Shown in pieces: positions 62,393-64,000 of a stretch of 64,000 nt of DNA (position 1 is the stretch's first letter; every line of letters begins with the position of its first letter). Location: contig NC_068984.1 of assembly GCF_001194135.2 (NCBI RefSeq), positions 104,374,343 through 104,438,342 of the forward strand, read 5' to 3'. The notes under the pieces are model-generated. The model ran no database searches and was not told where the DNA came from. It was given only the letters and a program-made list of their open reading frames with translations. A program made the position numbers and the translations under genes. The stretch is from Octopus bimaculoides (Eukaryota).

Positions 62393-62984
62393 GCTTATAT
62401 TCAAATTTTTACCTACTAATTGCTTGGATATTCTCACTTGATTAACAATTTCCAATTTATGTAACATACATGAAACCCTAACATATTTATAAAGTGGAAT
62501 GCTTAGTGGGTATGTAACCATATTCTTCATAAATTCTATAGTCTTTCACTATTTTAGTTAAATACACAGGCTGTAAACATCTGCATACAAGTTGGCCAGC
62601 ATCAACCAAATATAAATTTTTTACATGATCAAGTTTATTTCAATGTAAATATCGGAACTTGACTTTAGAAATGGTTAAATTATATACAAAAGCCATGACT
62701 CTTAACACTTGTAGAGATCCCTATTGCCATTGCCCCTTCTCTTTATTCAACCTCCAACATCGTGTAACAGCTGTTTTACCCTACCAACATAAGTTCCACA
62801 TATTTACTTGGCAATGTCCATTCATAGATATTTACTGCCATTCCATGTGTGTATGCGTAGCAATATATAAAACAAAAGCCCATATATTTTATTGAAATGT
62901 ATAAGACGTTTTATAAACAAAGATATGGAAAAATAAAAGCAAAACAAGAACCAGTGAAAGAATATAATTCTGTTATTCTTTCAC

Positions 62985-63332
62985 TTCTTTCAGTCATTTG
63001 ACTGCGGTCATGCGGGAGCACTGCTTTAAAAGGTTTTAGTCAAAGAAATTGACCCTAGGACTTATTCTGTCAATCTCTTTTGCTGAATTGCTAAGTTACA
63101 GGGGCCTAAACACACCAGCATCAGTTGTGAGGTACAAAGACAGATGTACTCACACAAATATATACATATATATATGATGGGTTTCTTTCAGTTTCTGCCT
63201 ACCAAATCCACTCACAAGGCTTTGGTCAGCTTGTGGCTATAGTAAAAGACACTTGCTCAAGATGCCATGCAGTGGGACTGAACCCAGGACCATGTGGTTG
63301 GGAAGCAAGCTTCTTACCACACAGTCATGCCT
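62985..63332 (-). mobile_element. SINE family A
   Basis: Reverse-complement match. Confidence 0.8.
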
Positions 63333-64000
63333 ATTGGTGAATAAATAGGAGGAAGTTCATTGTACCAAGAGAAACTAGTTACAATAACTGATTTGCTATG
63401 TTTGAGAATTTAGTTTTCCATGAAAAATTCATAATGAAAGAAATTAGGAATCTGAAATAGGGCTATACAGTAATAAATTGTCTGTAAATTCAAGAGGTAA
63501 TTTCTTTACTAAAGTTAAAAAGAAAGAAAGAATGGAAGAAAAGAAGAAAGAAAGGACTAGTGTATTTATAATTTAGAATTTCAGGCACATTTTGAAGTTT
63601 AATGGATCATAAAAATGGCTTTGAGTTAAAGATATATTTTAAGGAAAAACTGGGGCATTTTCAGAACATTGCCATTATGATGAGGAATATATAATGTGAC
63701 ATGTGTTACCAAATTTCAAGTCCTCACAGAAACATTAAAAATGGTGCAGAATTACATTTTTGTAGCTTTTTATTTATTTATTCATTTATTTATTTTATAG
63801 AATGTAATTATTAGACTTATCAACTAACACGATGACATGGTGTTTATTTTCAGAAACATTACAAGAGCTGTAGTGCTAATGGCAGAAATGACACTACTGA
63901 TTATGAATAATATAGTTGTTATTTTGACATCATTTTTATTTTCATATAGAAACATGGCATTTATTTTCTTGGAAACATCCTGAAACATATTCACATAAAT

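Overview
AT-rich, repeat-dense eukaryotic DNA with 11 N-gaps. The repeat families (tRNA-derived SINEs with internal microsatellites, RTE LINE ends, mariner/maT fossils) resemble those I recall from Octopus genomes; the species call is inference. One protein-coding gene can be partly reconstructed on the minus strand across about 47 kb. It has small GT-AG exons at 49195, 46443, 40577, 36690, 34314 and 29988 that splice in one open frame. These are followed by a 1077-nt coiled-coil exon (2594-3670) and a probable last exon (2123-2404) with a C-x2-C-x12-H-x3-C zinc finger. I do not recognise the gene by name. The rest is mostly intron filled with SINEs, RTE fragments, two full-length dead mariners, DD37D/maT relics, Tc1- and piggyBac-type MITEs, Ty3/gypsy LTR relics, R4/Dong-type REL retrotransposon ends in (AAT)n tracts, and mini/microsatellites. 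The most notable signals are: (i) four hammerhead-ribozyme motifs of the Penelope-like-element type, one with an intact catalytic core at 838-926 (+) and three mutated ones on the gene's sense strand; (ii) several strong fold-back structures (309-374, 695-1568, 33253-33862, 52362-52438); (iii) a pile-up of (AAT)n-associated R4/Dong elements and SINEs at 52.7-56.4 kb. All structures were paired and translated by hand and no database search was run. No tRNA or rRNA gene and no CRISPR array was found.
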